From contig JBKGZT010000001.1 in NCBI GenBank assembly GCA_046543235.1, positions 1-57,662 of the forward strand: a stretch of 57,662 nt of DNA, in the 5' to 3' direction. This DNA comes from Candidatus Acetothermia bacterium (GTDB taxonomy: Bacteria; Bipolaricaulota; Bipolaricaulia; M55B111). A program made the position numbers and the translations under genes. The notes under the pieces were generated by a model. It did no database searches. It worked only from the letters and a program-made list of their open reading frames with translations, and was not told the origin of the DNA. Positions 40,593-49,883 of this stretch are shown here, piece after piece (position 1 is the first letter of the stretch; each line of letters starts with the position of its first letter).

Positions 40593-41047
40593 AGAAACTG
40601 GAGGATTTAGAAACCCCTGAGGGTAGTACCCGGAAGAAAACGAGACGCGGCAGGGGCTACGGCTCCGGCAAAGGTGGACACGAAGTCGGTAGAGGGACCA
40701 AGGGACAGAACGCCAGGAGCGGTGGGAAGCCGAAGGTCGGTTTTGAAGGGGGGCAGACGCCGATCTGGCGTCGGTTTCCGAAAGTAGGTTTTTCCAATCC
40801 CAATAAGCGCCACCCTGAATGGATAAACGTCCACCAGCTTAACAGGTACGATGATGGTGATTCGGTCGACCCGGAACGTTTTATAAGCGACGGCCTCGTC
40901 GATAGGTCCCGGGACGGAATTAAGGTCCTTGGAGACGGAGAGCTAAAAAGGGAGTTAAAGGTTAAGGCACATGATTTCAGCTCCGGTGCCAAGGAAAAGA
41001 TAGAGGCAGCGGGCGGTGAATGGGAACTGGTTGGTGAAGAAGAGTGA
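40589..41047 (+). CDS. rplO: 50S ribosomal protein uL15
   Basis: GRGYGSGKG, GRGTKGQ and FEGGQTP motifs. ATGA overlap with the rpsE stop. Confidence 0.98.
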   Translation: MKKLEDLETPEGSTRKKTRRGRGYGSGKGGHEVGRGTKGQNARSGGKPKVGFEGGQTPIWRRFPKVGFSNPNKRHPEWINVHQLNRYDDGDSVDPERFISDGLVDRSRDGIKVLGDGELKRELKVKAHDFSSGAKEKIEAAGGEWELVGEEE

Positions 41048-41053
41048 TACGCC

Positions 41054-42349
41054 GTGTTTGATCAACTTACGAGCATATTAAAGATACCTGAACTCAGGAA
41101 GAGGATACTCTTTACCCTGGGAGCCATTGCCATTTTTCGAGCCGGTACCCATATTCCGATTCCTGGAATTTCCACCCAAGCCCTGGAAAGCCTTTTCGAA
41201 GGAGGCGGGGGCAATATCCTTCAGTACTTGAACATGTTTACAGGTGGAGCCCTCGGCCGGGGTACTCTTTTTGGGTTGGGGATCACGCCTTACATTAATG
41301 CTTCGATTATCATGAGCTTGCTTACCGCAGTGGTACCCAAGCTGAAGGAACTCCAGCAACAGGGCCGCGAGGGGAAAAAGGTAATAACGAAATATACAAG
41401 ATACGGTACGCTGGCCATTGCCTTTATCCAATCCTACGGCTGGAGCTTCTTTCTGGTCCGCCAGGGTATGGTGGAAGGCTCGATAGCCCTGTTTTTCGTA
41501 ACTTCCGTGCTTTCCATGACTACCGGAACTGTATTTTTGATGTGGCTCGGGGAAAGGATAACGGAGAACGGCATCGGCAACGGAATATCCGTTCTGATAA
41601 TGGCCGGGATAATGGCCAGGTTCCCCAGCCAGCTATACAGTACATGGGTTGAGGTCAATTACGGGAACGTAAGCCCGCTCTGGGGTTTGATTCTGGTTGC
41701 AGTTTTCATAGTGGTAATTGCCGGGGTCGTGATCGTTCAGCAGGGTCGAAGGAAGATAAGGATCCAGTATGCAAAACGGACTGCAGGTCGTAAGGTATAC
41801 GGAGGACATACGAGCCACCTCCCGATAAAGGTAAACCAAGGCGGAGTTATTCCTATAATATTTGCCTCCGTACTCCTGTCTCTGCCCATGACGCTCGCAC
41901 AGTGGGCCCCGGGATTATCATGGATGACGAGCTGGGTTCAGAGGGGTAGTATACCGTACCTCATTACGTACGTCCTTTTGATCGTCTTCTTCACCTACTT
42001 CTATAGCTCGATAATATTCGATCCAAACGACGTGGCGAAGAACCTGAAGGAGTCCGGCGGGTTTATCCCCGGTGTCCGACCGGGCGAATCGACGGTTGAC
42101 TATATAAGTTCTATACTAAATCGGTTGCTGCTGGTTGGTGCGCTCTTCCTCGGCGCGATAGCAGTTTTGCCTTACGTTTTTACAGCTATAAGCGGACTTT
42201 CCTCCTTCTGGTTGGGTGGAACTTCCGTGCTGATAGTGGTTGGTGTCGGTCTGGACGTGTTGATGCAGATAGAGTCCCACATGGTTATGAGGCATTATGA
42301 TAGTCTGACTGAAGCCGGCGGTTCCGCACTACTAGGGAGGAGGAGTTAA
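41054..42349 (+). CDS. secY: Preprotein translocase SecY
   Basis: LGITPYINASII, GIGNGIS, GVIPIIFA and FIPGVRPG motifs. Confidence 0.99.
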   Translation: MFDQLTSILKIPELRKRILFTLGAIAIFRAGTHIPIPGISTQALESLFEGGGGNILQYLNMFTGGALGRGTLFGLGITPYINASIIMSLLTAVVPKLKELQQQGREGKKVITKYTRYGTLAIAFIQSYGWSFFLVRQGMVEGSIALFFVTSVLSMTTGTVFLMWLGERITENGIGNGISVLIMAGIMARFPSQLYSTWVEVNYGNVSPLWGLILVAVFIVVIAGVVIVQQGRRKIRIQYAKRTAGRKVYGGHTSHLPIKVNQGGVIPIIFASVLLSLPMTLAQWAPGLSWMTSWVQRGSIPYLITYVLLIVFFTYFYSSIIFDPNDVAKNLKESGGFIPGVRPGESTVDYISSILNRLLLVGALFLGAIAVLPYVFTAISGLSSFWLGGTSVLIVVGVGLDVLMQIESHMVMRHYDSLTEAGGSALLGRRS

Positions 42350-42350
42350 G

Positions 42351-43004
42351 ATGAGTGACGGAGAAAGTGACCTGAACCTGGTTTTGCTTGGAGGGCCCGG
42401 TGCAGGTAAAGGAACCCAGGCCGAAAAGCTTGTGGGAAGCAGGGGACTGAATCACCTAGCTACAGGAGATATACTGAGGGAAGAGGTCCGAAGGGAGACG
42501 GAGCTCGGTAGGCAGGCCAAGGAGTACATGGATCGGGGAGACCTCGTTCCTGACGAACTGGTCGTGGATATGGTAGAGAAAAAACTGGACAAGGAAAAAG
42601 GTTACCTGTTCGATGGTTTTCCCCGGACGGTCGATCAGGCCGAAGCCCTTGAAGGGGTTCTTGAGCTCGATTTAGTCCTTTACATCAGGATAGATCGGGA
42701 AGAGGCAGTTAGGAGGCTTTCCGCCCGCCGGGTTTGTTCCGATTGCGGAAAGATATATAACAAGAATTTCAAGCAGCCGGAAAAAGAGGGTATCTGTGAC
42801 GAGTGCGGGGGCGAGCTCTACCAGAGGGACGACGACAAGCCCGAGGTGATCCGGGACAGATTTGAGACCTTTCTGGATGAGACCTCTCCTTTAATCGATT
42901 ACTACGACGAGAGGAAATTACTTGCGGAGATTGACGGGGAACAGAACCCCGACGAGGTCTACGCTGAAATCGAGGAGTCACTCGCCCGGATCGACAGTCA
43001 ATGA
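42351..43004 (+). CDS. adk: Adenylate kinase (zinc-lid type)
   Basis: GPGAGKGTQ, DGFPRT and lid CSDC…CDEC. Confidence 0.98.
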   Translation: MSDGESDLNLVLLGGPGAGKGTQAEKLVGSRGLNHLATGDILREEVRRETELGRQAKEYMDRGDLVPDELVVDMVEKKLDKEKGYLFDGFPRTVDQAEALEGVLELDLVLYIRIDREEAVRRLSARRVCSDCGKIYNKNFKQPEKEGICDECGGELYQRDDDKPEVIRDRFETFLDETSPLIDYYDERKLLAEIDGEQNPDEVYAEIEESLARIDSQ

Positions 43005-43753
43005 TCAAGATAAAATCCGGTTCGGAACTTGAAATCATGAAAGAAAACGCTAGTATATTACGGGAAGTAATGGACGAAGTCCTGTCCAGGGTGGAGCCCG
43101 GGGTCCGGACCGAGTCCCTCGACAAGTACGCAGAAGAACTCATTCTAGAAGCCGAAGGAACCCCTGCTTTTAAGAATTATCGTGGCTTTCCCAGCTCCCT
43201 CTGTACGTCGATCAACGAGGAAATAGTTCATGGTATACCGAGTGAGAGGGAAGTTAACCGCGGTGATATCCTCTCGATAGATGTCGGTATTGAAAGGAAC
43301 GGCCTTTTTGCCGACTTTGCCACTACCGTGCCTGTAGGTGAGGTTTCCGGCGAAGCTATGGACCTTATGGAAGTTACAGACGAGGCTTTGACTAAGGGGA
43401 TGAATCAGGTGCGGCCCGGAAACAGGATTGGAGATATATCCCATGCCATAGGTTCTTACGTAGAGTCCAGCGGTTATTCGGTGGTTAAGGAGTTCGTCGG
43501 GCACGGGATTGGAAGAGACATGCACGAGGATCCTCAGATCCCGAATTACGGCGAACCTGACACGGGAAAGAGGATTCAAGACGGAATGGTGTTCTGCATC
43601 GAACCGATGGTCAAGTTCGACGATGAAAAGGTAGAAGTTCTCGAGGATGGCTGGACGACAGTTACGGCTGACCGCCGTATCTCCGCACACTTCGAGGGGA
43701 TGGTTGCTGCCACCGAGAACGGACCGGACGTTTACGTAAGAGGTGGTTTATAA
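43001..43753 (+). CDS. map: Methionine aminopeptidase type I
   Basis: SINEEIVHGIP, GHGIG, HEDP, IEPM and SAHFE motifs. Confidence 0.97.
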   Translation: MIKIKSGSELEIMKENASILREVMDEVLSRVEPGVRTESLDKYAEELILEAEGTPAFKNYRGFPSSLCTSINEEIVHGIPSEREVNRGDILSIDVGIERNGLFADFATTVPVGEVSGEAMDLMEVTDEALTKGMNQVRPGNRIGDISHAIGSYVESSGYSVVKEFVGHGIGRDMHEDPQIPNYGEPDTGKRIQDGMVFCIEPMVKFDDEKVEVLEDGWTTVTADRRISAHFEGMVAATENGPDVYVRGGL

Positions 43754-43759
43754 ATAACC

Positions 43760-43987
43760 ATGGCTGAAGAAGAAGACGACGATATAATTAGAAAGAGGGG
43801 CGAGATCGTTGAGGCTTTGCCGGATTCGATGTTTAAGGTAGAGCTGGATAACGGGCACGAGGCGATTTGTCATATATCCGGTAAGATCCGAAAGCACTTT
43901 ATCAGGATAGTACCCGGAGATAGGGTTCTGGTAGAGTTCTCCCCCCACGATCTAAGCAAAGGTAGAATCGTCTATCGTGAATCCTGA
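43760..43987 (+). CDS. infA: Translation initiation factor IF-1
   Basis: [14 protein letters not shown] and GDRVLVE…GRIVYR motifs. Confidence 0.98.
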   Translation: MAEEEDDDIIRKRGEIVEALPDSMFKVELDNGHEAICHISGKIRKHFIRIVPGDRVLVEFSPHDLSKGRIVYRES

Positions 43988-44002
43988 TAGAGGAGGGGTA
44001 AG

Positions 44003-44116
44003 ATGAAAGTGAGGAGTTCCGTCAAGAAGATCTGTGACGACTGTAAAATTATCAGGCGCAATGGTCGGGTTGAAGTCGACTGTAAAAACCCGAAACATAG
44101 ACAGCGCCAGGGTTAA
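44003..44116 (+). CDS. rpmJ: 50S ribosomal protein bL36 (not in ORF track)
   Basis: Hand translation gives [37 protein letters not shown], with SD GGAGGGG. Confidence 0.98.
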   Translation: MKVRSSVKKICDDCKIIRRNGRVEVDCKNPKHRQRQG

Positions 44117-44138
44117 CTCATATAAAAGGTGATCAAGG

Positions 44139-44498
44139 ATGCCAAGGTTAGCAGGTGTGGATATACCGGAGGACAAGAAGGTCAAAATATCGCTTACTTA
44201 CATCAAGGGAATAGGTGGCCACAGGGCAAAAAAAGTTGCCGAGGCCTCGGGCGTGGATCCAGACGAGTACGTCTATGATCTGACCGAAGCGGATGTAGCC
44301 AAGTTGCGAAACGAAATAGACGAATACCGCGTCGAGGGTGATCTCGAAAGAAAGGTCGAGGCCGATATTCAGCGGTTAAAAGACATAGGTTGTTATCGTG
44401 GAGAAAGGCACGAGGTAGGCTTGCCCGTTCGCGGCCAGAAGACCCAGTCCAACGCGAGAACTTGGAAAGGTCCGAGGGAAGCGAAGGCAGGCAAGTAA
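44139..44498 (+). CDS. rpsM: 30S ribosomal protein uS13
   Basis: LTYIKGIG, GCYRG and LPVRGQKT motifs. Confidence 0.98.
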   Translation: MPRLAGVDIPEDKKVKISLTYIKGIGGHRAKKVAEASGVDPDEYVYDLTEADVAKLRNEIDEYRVEGDLERKVEADIQRLKDIGCYRGERHEVGLPVRGQKTQSNARTWKGPREAKAGK

Positions 44499-44528
44499 CG
44501 AGAGGATTTGAAATAGGGAGAGATTTAA

Positions 44529-44864
44529 TTGGCACGAAAACAAGTTAAGCTAAACAAGGCAAGAGTACATGTAAATGCTTCTTTCAACAACACGATACTT
44601 ACTCTGACGGATACCGATGGAGACGTAATATCCTGGGTTACCCCCGGTGCTGTGGGGTTTAAGGGATCAAGAAAGGGTACCCCTTACGCCGCCCAGGTTG
44701 CGGCTGAAAACCTCGTTGAGGAATTGAGGGATTACGGGGTAAATTCGGTCATTGTTACCGTGAAAGGAACGGGTTCCGGACGAAATTCCGTCATTCAGAC
44801 TATAGAAGGGGCCGGGATAGAGGTAACAAATGTAACCAACATTACCCCCCGGGCACATAGTTAA
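44529..44864 (+). CDS. rpsK: 30S ribosomal protein uS11 (C-terminal tail missing)
   Basis: SFNNTI and GFKGSRKGTPYAAQ motifs. The protein ends …TPRAHS*. Confidence 0.97.
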   Translation: MARKQVKLNKARVHVNASFNNTILTLTDTDGDVISWVTPGAVGFKGSRKGTPYAAQVAAENLVEELRDYGVNSVIVTVKGTGSGRNSVIQTIEGAGIEVTNVTNITPRAHS

Positions 44865-44882
44865 GAGGAGGATACTGATAAA

Positions 44883-45506
44883 ATGGGACGAGATACGGAA
44901 GCAAAGTGTAAGAAATGTCGTCGAGAAGGAACGAAGCTTTTTCTCAAAGGGGAAAAGTGTTACTCGGATAAATGTCCGTTGACTCGAAAGTCTTATCCCC
45001 CTGGAGAGGCCGGAGAAAGCAGGTCGCGCTGGTCCCAATACAGGATACGCTTGAGAGAAAAACAGAAGGCCCGCCGTATTTACGGTCTTAGGGAGGAACA
45101 GTTCCGGAAGTACTTCGAAGAATCACAGTCTAGCAAGGAAGTTACCGGTCAGGCTCTACTAAAGAAACTGGAAAGAAGGCTGGACAACGTACTGTACAGG
45201 AGTGGATTGGCACAATCCCGCGACCAGGCGAGACAGCTGATCAACCATGGCCATATCGAGGTAAACGGTCGTTCCATCGATGTTCCCTCTTATTTGACTG
45301 AAGAGGGCGACGTGGTTGCCTTTAAGAAGAACTCGAGGGAGAAAGAGGGGTTGCGCAGTCTGGTAAAAGAGGATAGCCCCCGTGTGCCTGCCTGGGTCGA
45401 CGTAGAACCCGATAACATGAGAGCTTCTGTTTTAACCGAGCCCGCTATTGAGGACGTCGAGGAGACTCTTAAGGTCAACAGAATTGTCGAGTTCTACTCA
45501 AGATAG
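44883..45506 (+). CDS. rpsD: 30S ribosomal protein uS4 (zinc type)
   Basis: CKKCRRE, LREKQK, LERRLDNV and IVEFYSR motifs. Confidence 0.98.
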   Translation: MGRDTEAKCKKCRREGTKLFLKGEKCYSDKCPLTRKSYPPGEAGESRSRWSQYRIRLREKQKARRIYGLREEQFRKYFEESQSSKEVTGQALLKKLERRLDNVLYRSGLAQSRDQARQLINHGHIEVNGRSIDVPSYLTEEGDVVAFKKNSREKEGLRSLVKEDSPRVPAWVDVEPDNMRASVLTEPAIEDVEETLKVNRIVEFYSR

Positions 45507-45529
45507 AATTTATAAATAGCGGAGGGCTA

Positions 45530-46489
45530 ATGTTAGAATATATTGAACCGGAAGATGTCCATTTTGAGGAACTGGAAAGCGATAGCGGCCGGCTTGTAGT
45601 GGGGCCGCTGGAGCGAGGAATGGGGACGACGCTGGGGAATTCTCTAAGGCGAGTCCTGATGTCGATGGTCCCCGGAGCTGCCGTCACGCGTGTCAGGTTC
45701 GATGGTAAGTACCACGAATACGACACGATAGAGGGCGTCAGAGAAGACATCATAGAGATCCTTATGAATGTCAAAGAGCTATCTCTCCGTCTGAACGGAG
45801 CGGAAGAAAGGAAGATGTACCTGGAAGCGGATGAAGAAGGGGAAGTTACTGCTTCGGACCTTCAGTTTGAATCGGGAGTGGAAGTAATCAATTCCGATCA
45901 TACCCTGGCGCATTTGGCGGATGGTGGGGAGTTGAACATGGAAATGGACGTCGAAGCGGGAATGGGTTACAGGTCGGCTGATGAAAACAAGCTGGAGGAT
46001 TCTCCTTTATCGGTTATCCCGATAGATTCGGATTTTTCACCCGTCAAAAAGGTCGACTTCGACGTGGAAAAAGTTCGGGCGGGCGGAAAGGAGGACTGCG
46101 ATAGGCTGGAGCTGGATCTCGAGACGGACGGCGGGATAAGACCAGAAGAAGCCGTTGGCAGGGCCTCCCGGGTTCTTGCCAGGAGGTTTGAGCTCTTTTC
46201 CAACCTGCCGGAACATCCGTTTGGAGAACTGGGTACCTTGCAGGAAGTTGAAGAGGAAGTCCCGGAAGAATTCGAAGAAAGGCTTGAAGACCTCGGGTTT
46301 AACCAGCGTGCCTGTAACTTGTTGCAGGAAAAAGGTGTAGAGACCCTGGAAGACCTGCTTGATCAGACGTCCGACAAGCTTCTTGATATACACGGGTTCG
46401 GGAGCAAGACGCTACAGAAGGTCGAAGAAAAGCTGGACGAACTTGGTTACTCCCTGGCAGATAAGGAGGAAAGTAACGATGGATCATAA
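45530..46489 (+). CDS. rpoA: DNA-directed RNA polymerase alpha subunit
   Basis: PLERGMGTTLGNSLRR, HEY…GVRED, IPIDSDFSPV and a recognisable alpha-CTD. Confidence 0.98.
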   Translation: MLEYIEPEDVHFEELESDSGRLVVGPLERGMGTTLGNSLRRVLMSMVPGAAVTRVRFDGKYHEYDTIEGVREDIIEILMNVKELSLRLNGAEERKMYLEADEEGEVTASDLQFESGVEVINSDHTLAHLADGGELNMEMDVEAGMGYRSADENKLEDSPLSVIPIDSDFSPVKKVDFDVEKVRAGGKEDCDRLELDLETDGGIRPEEAVGRASRVLARRFELFSNLPEHPFGELGTLQEVEEEVPEEFEERLEDLGFNQRACNLLQEKGVETLEDLLDQTSDKLLDIHGFGSKTLQKVEEKLDELGYSLADKEESNDGS

Positions 46490-46829
46490 GACAAAAGGAT
46501 GGAATATCGCGGAATCTAGTCATCAGAAAAGCATACTATCCAACTTAGTAAAGGATTTAATCCTTCATGGTAAGGTGGATACGACGGTCGTGAAGGCGAA
46601 AGAGGCCAGCCGATTCGCGGACAGGATGGTAACGCTTGCGAAGGAAGGGGATGATCACGCGAGGAAGAGGGCCTTCAGTTTTCTCGAGGACAAGGAAGCG
46701 GTCTCGAGCCTTTTTGGAGAAATTGCCGACGATTACAGGGAAAGGGACGGAGGATATACTAGAGTTCTCCGCCTCCCGCCGAGAAAAGGAGATGGGGCTG
46801 AAATGGCCCGGTTGACCTTCGTGGATTAA
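46479..46829 (+). CDS. rplQ: 50S ribosomal protein bL17
   Basis: TT..KAKE, GGYTRV and RKGDGAEMA motifs. ATG at 46479 follows SD AGGAGG. Confidence 0.95.
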   Translation: MDHKTKGWNIAESSHQKSILSNLVKDLILHGKVDTTVVKAKEASRFADRMVTLAKEGDDHARKRAFSFLEDKEAVSSLFGEIADDYRERDGGYTRVLRLPPRKGDGAEMARLTFVD

Positions 46830-46858
46830 CCGTCAGGTTCCGTTAATTAAAGTTGAAA

Positions 46859-46893
46859 ATTACAAACCCCGCTCTCGCGGCGGGGTTTGTAAT
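46859..46893. terminator. Bidirectional intrinsic terminator-like hairpin between convergent rplQ and the HD gene
   Basis: Perfect 14-bp stem ATTACAAACCCCGC/GCGGGGTTTGTAAT with a 7-nt loop. Confidence 0.85.
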
Positions 46894-46911
46894 CTTTGTC
46901 TCGGGTCTTAG

Positions 46912-47454
46912 TTAGAGTCCCAGTTCGTCCTGGATTCCCTGCATACCTCGTAATACTACCTCGAAGAATTCCTCCAACTCGAAGCCGAGCTCTTCACAGC
47001 TACTTATGGCTTCCCTGTCGACCGACTTGGCGAAGCTGCTTTCCTCGTACCTGTTTTTTATGAATTGCGGATCCATCTCCCCCAGACCGTCCGGATGCAC
47101 GAGAGCTCCCGCGACGATCAATCCCGTCAACGGATCCGTGGCGTAAATTGCCTTCTCCATCTTCGTTTCAGGACTTTTCTGTCCGGCGTGAGCTTTTATA
47201 GCGTCTAGCTGTTCCTCGGAAAGGTCCTCTTCCTCCAGCATCTCGGCTGTGAGTAAACCGTGCTCCTCCGGCTCGTCTTCAGTTTCTTCGTAATCCAGAT
47301 CGTGCAGGAGGCCGGCAATGCCCCACTGGTCTTCGTCTTCGCCAAAATAGTTTGCCAGCTCCCTCATTCCTGCTTCAACTGCCTTCATGTGTTTTATCAG
47401 GTTATCCTGGGAAATCTCTTCCTTCACCAGCTGAAGAGCGTCTTCTCTATTCAA
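46912..47454 (-). CDS. HD/HDIG-domain hydrolase
   Basis: LIKHMKAVEA, GLLHDLDYE, EEHG and DPLTGLI motifs. Confidence 0.88.
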   Translation of the reverse strand: MNREDALQLVKEEISQDNLIKHMKAVEAGMRELANYFGEDEDQWGIAGLLHDLDYEETEDEPEEHGLLTAEMLEEEDLSEEQLDAIKAHAGQKSPETKMEKAIYATDPLTGLIVAGALVHPDGLGEMDPQFIKNRYEESSFAKSVDREAISSCEELGFELEEFFEVVLRGMQGIQDELGL

Positions 47455-47483
47455 TTTCCATCACCCATAGATTTAGACCTCCT

Positions 47484-48356
47484 TTATAACTCCGGCGTCC
47501 ATTTTTCGTCGACCAACCTTGTACTGGAAAGGGAAGCAAGGAATCCGAGAATTATACCCAGAAGCAACGACCAACCCGAAATTACGAGCAGAGGTGTGCC
47601 CTGAAGCGACCCTGCCAGGTAGCGGCTGAACGGAATTCCACTGCTCGACCAGAGGGATAGCAAAAGGAGCAGGGCAACGCTCAGTACGGAACCGAGGAAA
47701 CCGGTCAACGTACCGATTAGGACGAGCGGGGTTTTTACGGATATTCTCGAACCACCGGAGTACTTGATGATTTCCAGCTCTCCTAGCCAACCTTCCAGGA
47801 GGTCCCGTGTAAAGGAGCGAATCAGGTAAAAAGTCCCACCGGCCATGAGAAAAGCGAGGAGCAGGATAATTATTTTCATCCAGGTATTTAAAGGTCCGGA
47901 TTTACCCCCGCTGGCTCCTCCCGTAAGTACCGTGACCACGGGAATCTCGGGACGACTTTTTAGTTCCTCGCGGAGTTGCTCCCTGTCGGAGGTTTTGATC
48001 AGGAAGTAATTGGAATCTTCCGGCAGCTCCTCCGGAACGGTCAGGATTCCATTCTGAACCTCCTCCTGTAATACCAGGATAAGGTTGTCAACTGAATCGA
48101 GACGTCTTAGAGCGAGGTAGAGATCATCTATGGCGTTGGTGGAAAGCCCTTCCTCTACCTGGGCCAGCGTTTTGTGGTCTTCCGGGAAATACTCCAGTTC
48201 GGAAGTAGTTCGCAGGGGCTGGTCTTTCGGAAGCAACAACACGTAAAGCAGAACCAGGAACAGAAATACGGAAAGAAGGGCGCCGAAAGCCTTGGTGGTC
48301 TTTCTTCTATCCAGGGAACCCACTAGCTCTCCGGCAAAAAATAAAGTGTGTTTCAT
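47484..48356 (-). CDS. FtsX-like permease (divergent)
   Basis: One TM, an extracytoplasmic domain, then three TMs. ELEIIKYSGGS…KTPLVLIG resembles FtsX EIEIMKLVGA…PF. It sits directly after an FtsE-like gene. Confidence 0.7.
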   Translation of the reverse strand: MKHTLFFAGELVGSLDRRKTTKAFGALLSVFLFLVLLYVLLLPKDQPLRTTSELEYFPEDHKTLAQVEEGLSTNAIDDLYLALRRLDSVDNLILVLQEEVQNGILTVPEELPEDSNYFLIKTSDREQLREELKSRPEIPVVTVLTGGASGGKSGPLNTWMKIIILLLAFLMAGGTFYLIRSFTRDLLEGWLGELEIIKYSGGSRISVKTPLVLIGTLTGFLGSVLSVALLLLLSLWSSSGIPFSRYLAGSLQGTPLLVISGWSLLLGIILGFLASLSSTRLVDEKWTPEL

Positions 48357-48358
48357 TA

Positions 48359-49024
48359 TTATCCAACTACCCTGCGGTCAAGGTTGCTTTCTATTACCTT
48401 TATACCTTCCCCTTGTCTCCCAAGTTGATCGGTAAGGAACAAGACTGTCAATCCATACTCCGAGTTAATCCCGGCAATGATCTCCAGAATTTCATCTAGC
48501 TCATTTGAGTTTAATGAGGAAAAAGGGTCCTGGCAAATTAGGAGTTTTGGTTTGTTTAAGACGGAAAGAGCAAGTGCTACCTGTATCCTCTTTTCCGAAT
48601 CGAGTTCTTGAGCCCGCTTCTCTTCTTCCCCGGTTAACCGGGTTAGTTGTAGGACTTCCCGTAGCTTCTCTTCCTCTTCTCGTCGGGGTCCCGTTAATTT
48701 CAGCTTGAATTTCAGGGACTCCAGGACTGTCTTTCCCTCTGGAAGGGTGAAATCCCTGAGAAGAAAGCTAACCTCGTTCCGGAACATCCTCCGTCTTTTT
48801 TTACCGCTCAAGCGAACGACGTTTCTATCGGCGAGGACTATTTGACCGGAGTCCGGTGTAATCTCTCCGGTAAGTACGTGGAAAAGTACCTGGTACTGTC
48901 CCTCCGTTAATCCAGTTAGTTGAGCAACTTCGCCTTGACCGAGGTTGAAGCTGAGGTTCTCGAATATCACCTCGTCCTCTTCGTCGTAGATCGACAGTTC
49001 CGCTACCTGAACGACTTTAGACAT
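48359..49024 (-). CDS. FtsE-like ABC-fold protein lacking all ATPase motifs
   Basis: Aligns by eye end-to-end with FtsE (LSFNLGQGE, PDSGQI, KTVLE, LNKPKLL, GLTVL). Walker A, signature, Walker B and H-switch are all replaced. Confidence 0.75.
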   Translation of the reverse strand: MSKVVQVAELSIYDEEDEVIFENLSFNLGQGEVAQLTGLTEGQYQVLFHVLTGEITPDSGQIVLADRNVVRLSGKKRRRMFRNEVSFLLRDFTLPEGKTVLESLKFKLKLTGPRREEEEKLREVLQLTRLTGEEEKRAQELDSEKRIQVALALSVLNKPKLLICQDPFSSLNSNELDEILEIIAGINSEYGLTVLFLTDQLGRQGEGIKVIESNLDRRVVG

Positions 49025-49883
49025 TGTGATTCCCCTTTTCCCCGTAGATCACTCTGTCCTTACCCTGCGTATCCTTTCGGACGTTTACTTCTGAGAGGTC
49101 GTAGGAATTTGCCAGTTCTTTCACTTTGGGGCCTTGATCGTGGGCGATCTCCAGAAATACAGCCCCTCTCTCGGTAAGGTAACTCGGGGCCTTAGAAAGT
49201 ATCTTTTCTACTTCTCTTAGGCCGTCTCCCCCGCCGTCCAGGGCTTCCCGGGGTTCGTGATCCTTTACTTCTTCTTTTAGTTCGGCCAATTCGGAGCTGC
49301 TGATGTAAGGGGGGTTGGAGACTATCAGATCGAACCGGCCGCTTACTTCCGAAAACCAGTCGGATTCCCTGAACTCTACTTGACCACCCAGATCGTTTCT
49401 CCGCGCGTTTTCCCGCGCCAGCTTCAGAGCCTCCGGGCTTTTATCTACCCCAAGAACGTCCGGGCTGACCAGAAACCGGGCTAAGGCGATGGCAATTGCC
49501 CCCGACCCGGTGCCGAGATCGAGGACCTTTAACCCTTCGTACTTCCTAAAATCCGATAGAATTTCCTCCGTCATTTCCTCCGTCTCCGGCCGGGGTATAA
49601 GTGCTCTTTCGTCTATTTTTAAAGTTAGGCCCATAAAGGATACCTGGCCCGTCAGGTACTGGAGGGGACGACCGGATTTTCTTTTTTTAACCAGGGGCCT
49701 GTACTGATCCAGTTCCTCCTCGTCCAGCGGTCGATCCGGGTTTACGTAGAGGTTCAACCTATCGACGTCCAGGGTATGGGCCAGCAGCTGCTCCGCTTCC
49801 AGACGCGATTTCTCTATCCCGGCCTCCTTAAAATAGTCCCTGGTCCAGTCTAAGATCTCTTTAACCGTCCAGTCTTTTGACAG
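49017..49883 (-). CDS. prmC: Release factor glutamine methyltransferase PrmC/HemK (probable CTG start)
   Basis: PLQYLTG, LIPRPETE, DLGTGSGAI and SNPPY motifs. The conserved N-domain (WTVKEILDW…SRLEAEQLLAH) continues 42 codons upstream of the ORF-track start. Confidence 0.93.
   Translation of the reverse strand: MSKDWTVKEILDWTRDYFKEAGIEKSRLEAEQLLAHTLDVDRLNLYVNPDRPLDEEELDQYRPLVKKRKSGRPLQYLTGQVSFMGLTLKIDERALIPRPETEEMTEEILSDFRKYEGLKVLDLGTGSGAIAIALARFLVSPDVLGVDKSPEALKLARENARRNDLGGQVEFRESDWFSEVSGRFDLIVSNPPYISSSELAELKEEVKDHEPREALDGGGDGLREVEKILSKAPSYLTERGAVFLEIAHDQGPKVKELANSYDLSEVNVRKDTQGKDRVIYGEKGNHNV

Noticed and set aside
37631..45506. Cys-containing (zinc) forms of uL24, uS14, bL36 and uS4
   Set aside because: These are ordinary C+ variants found in many anaerobes and deep-branching bacteria.
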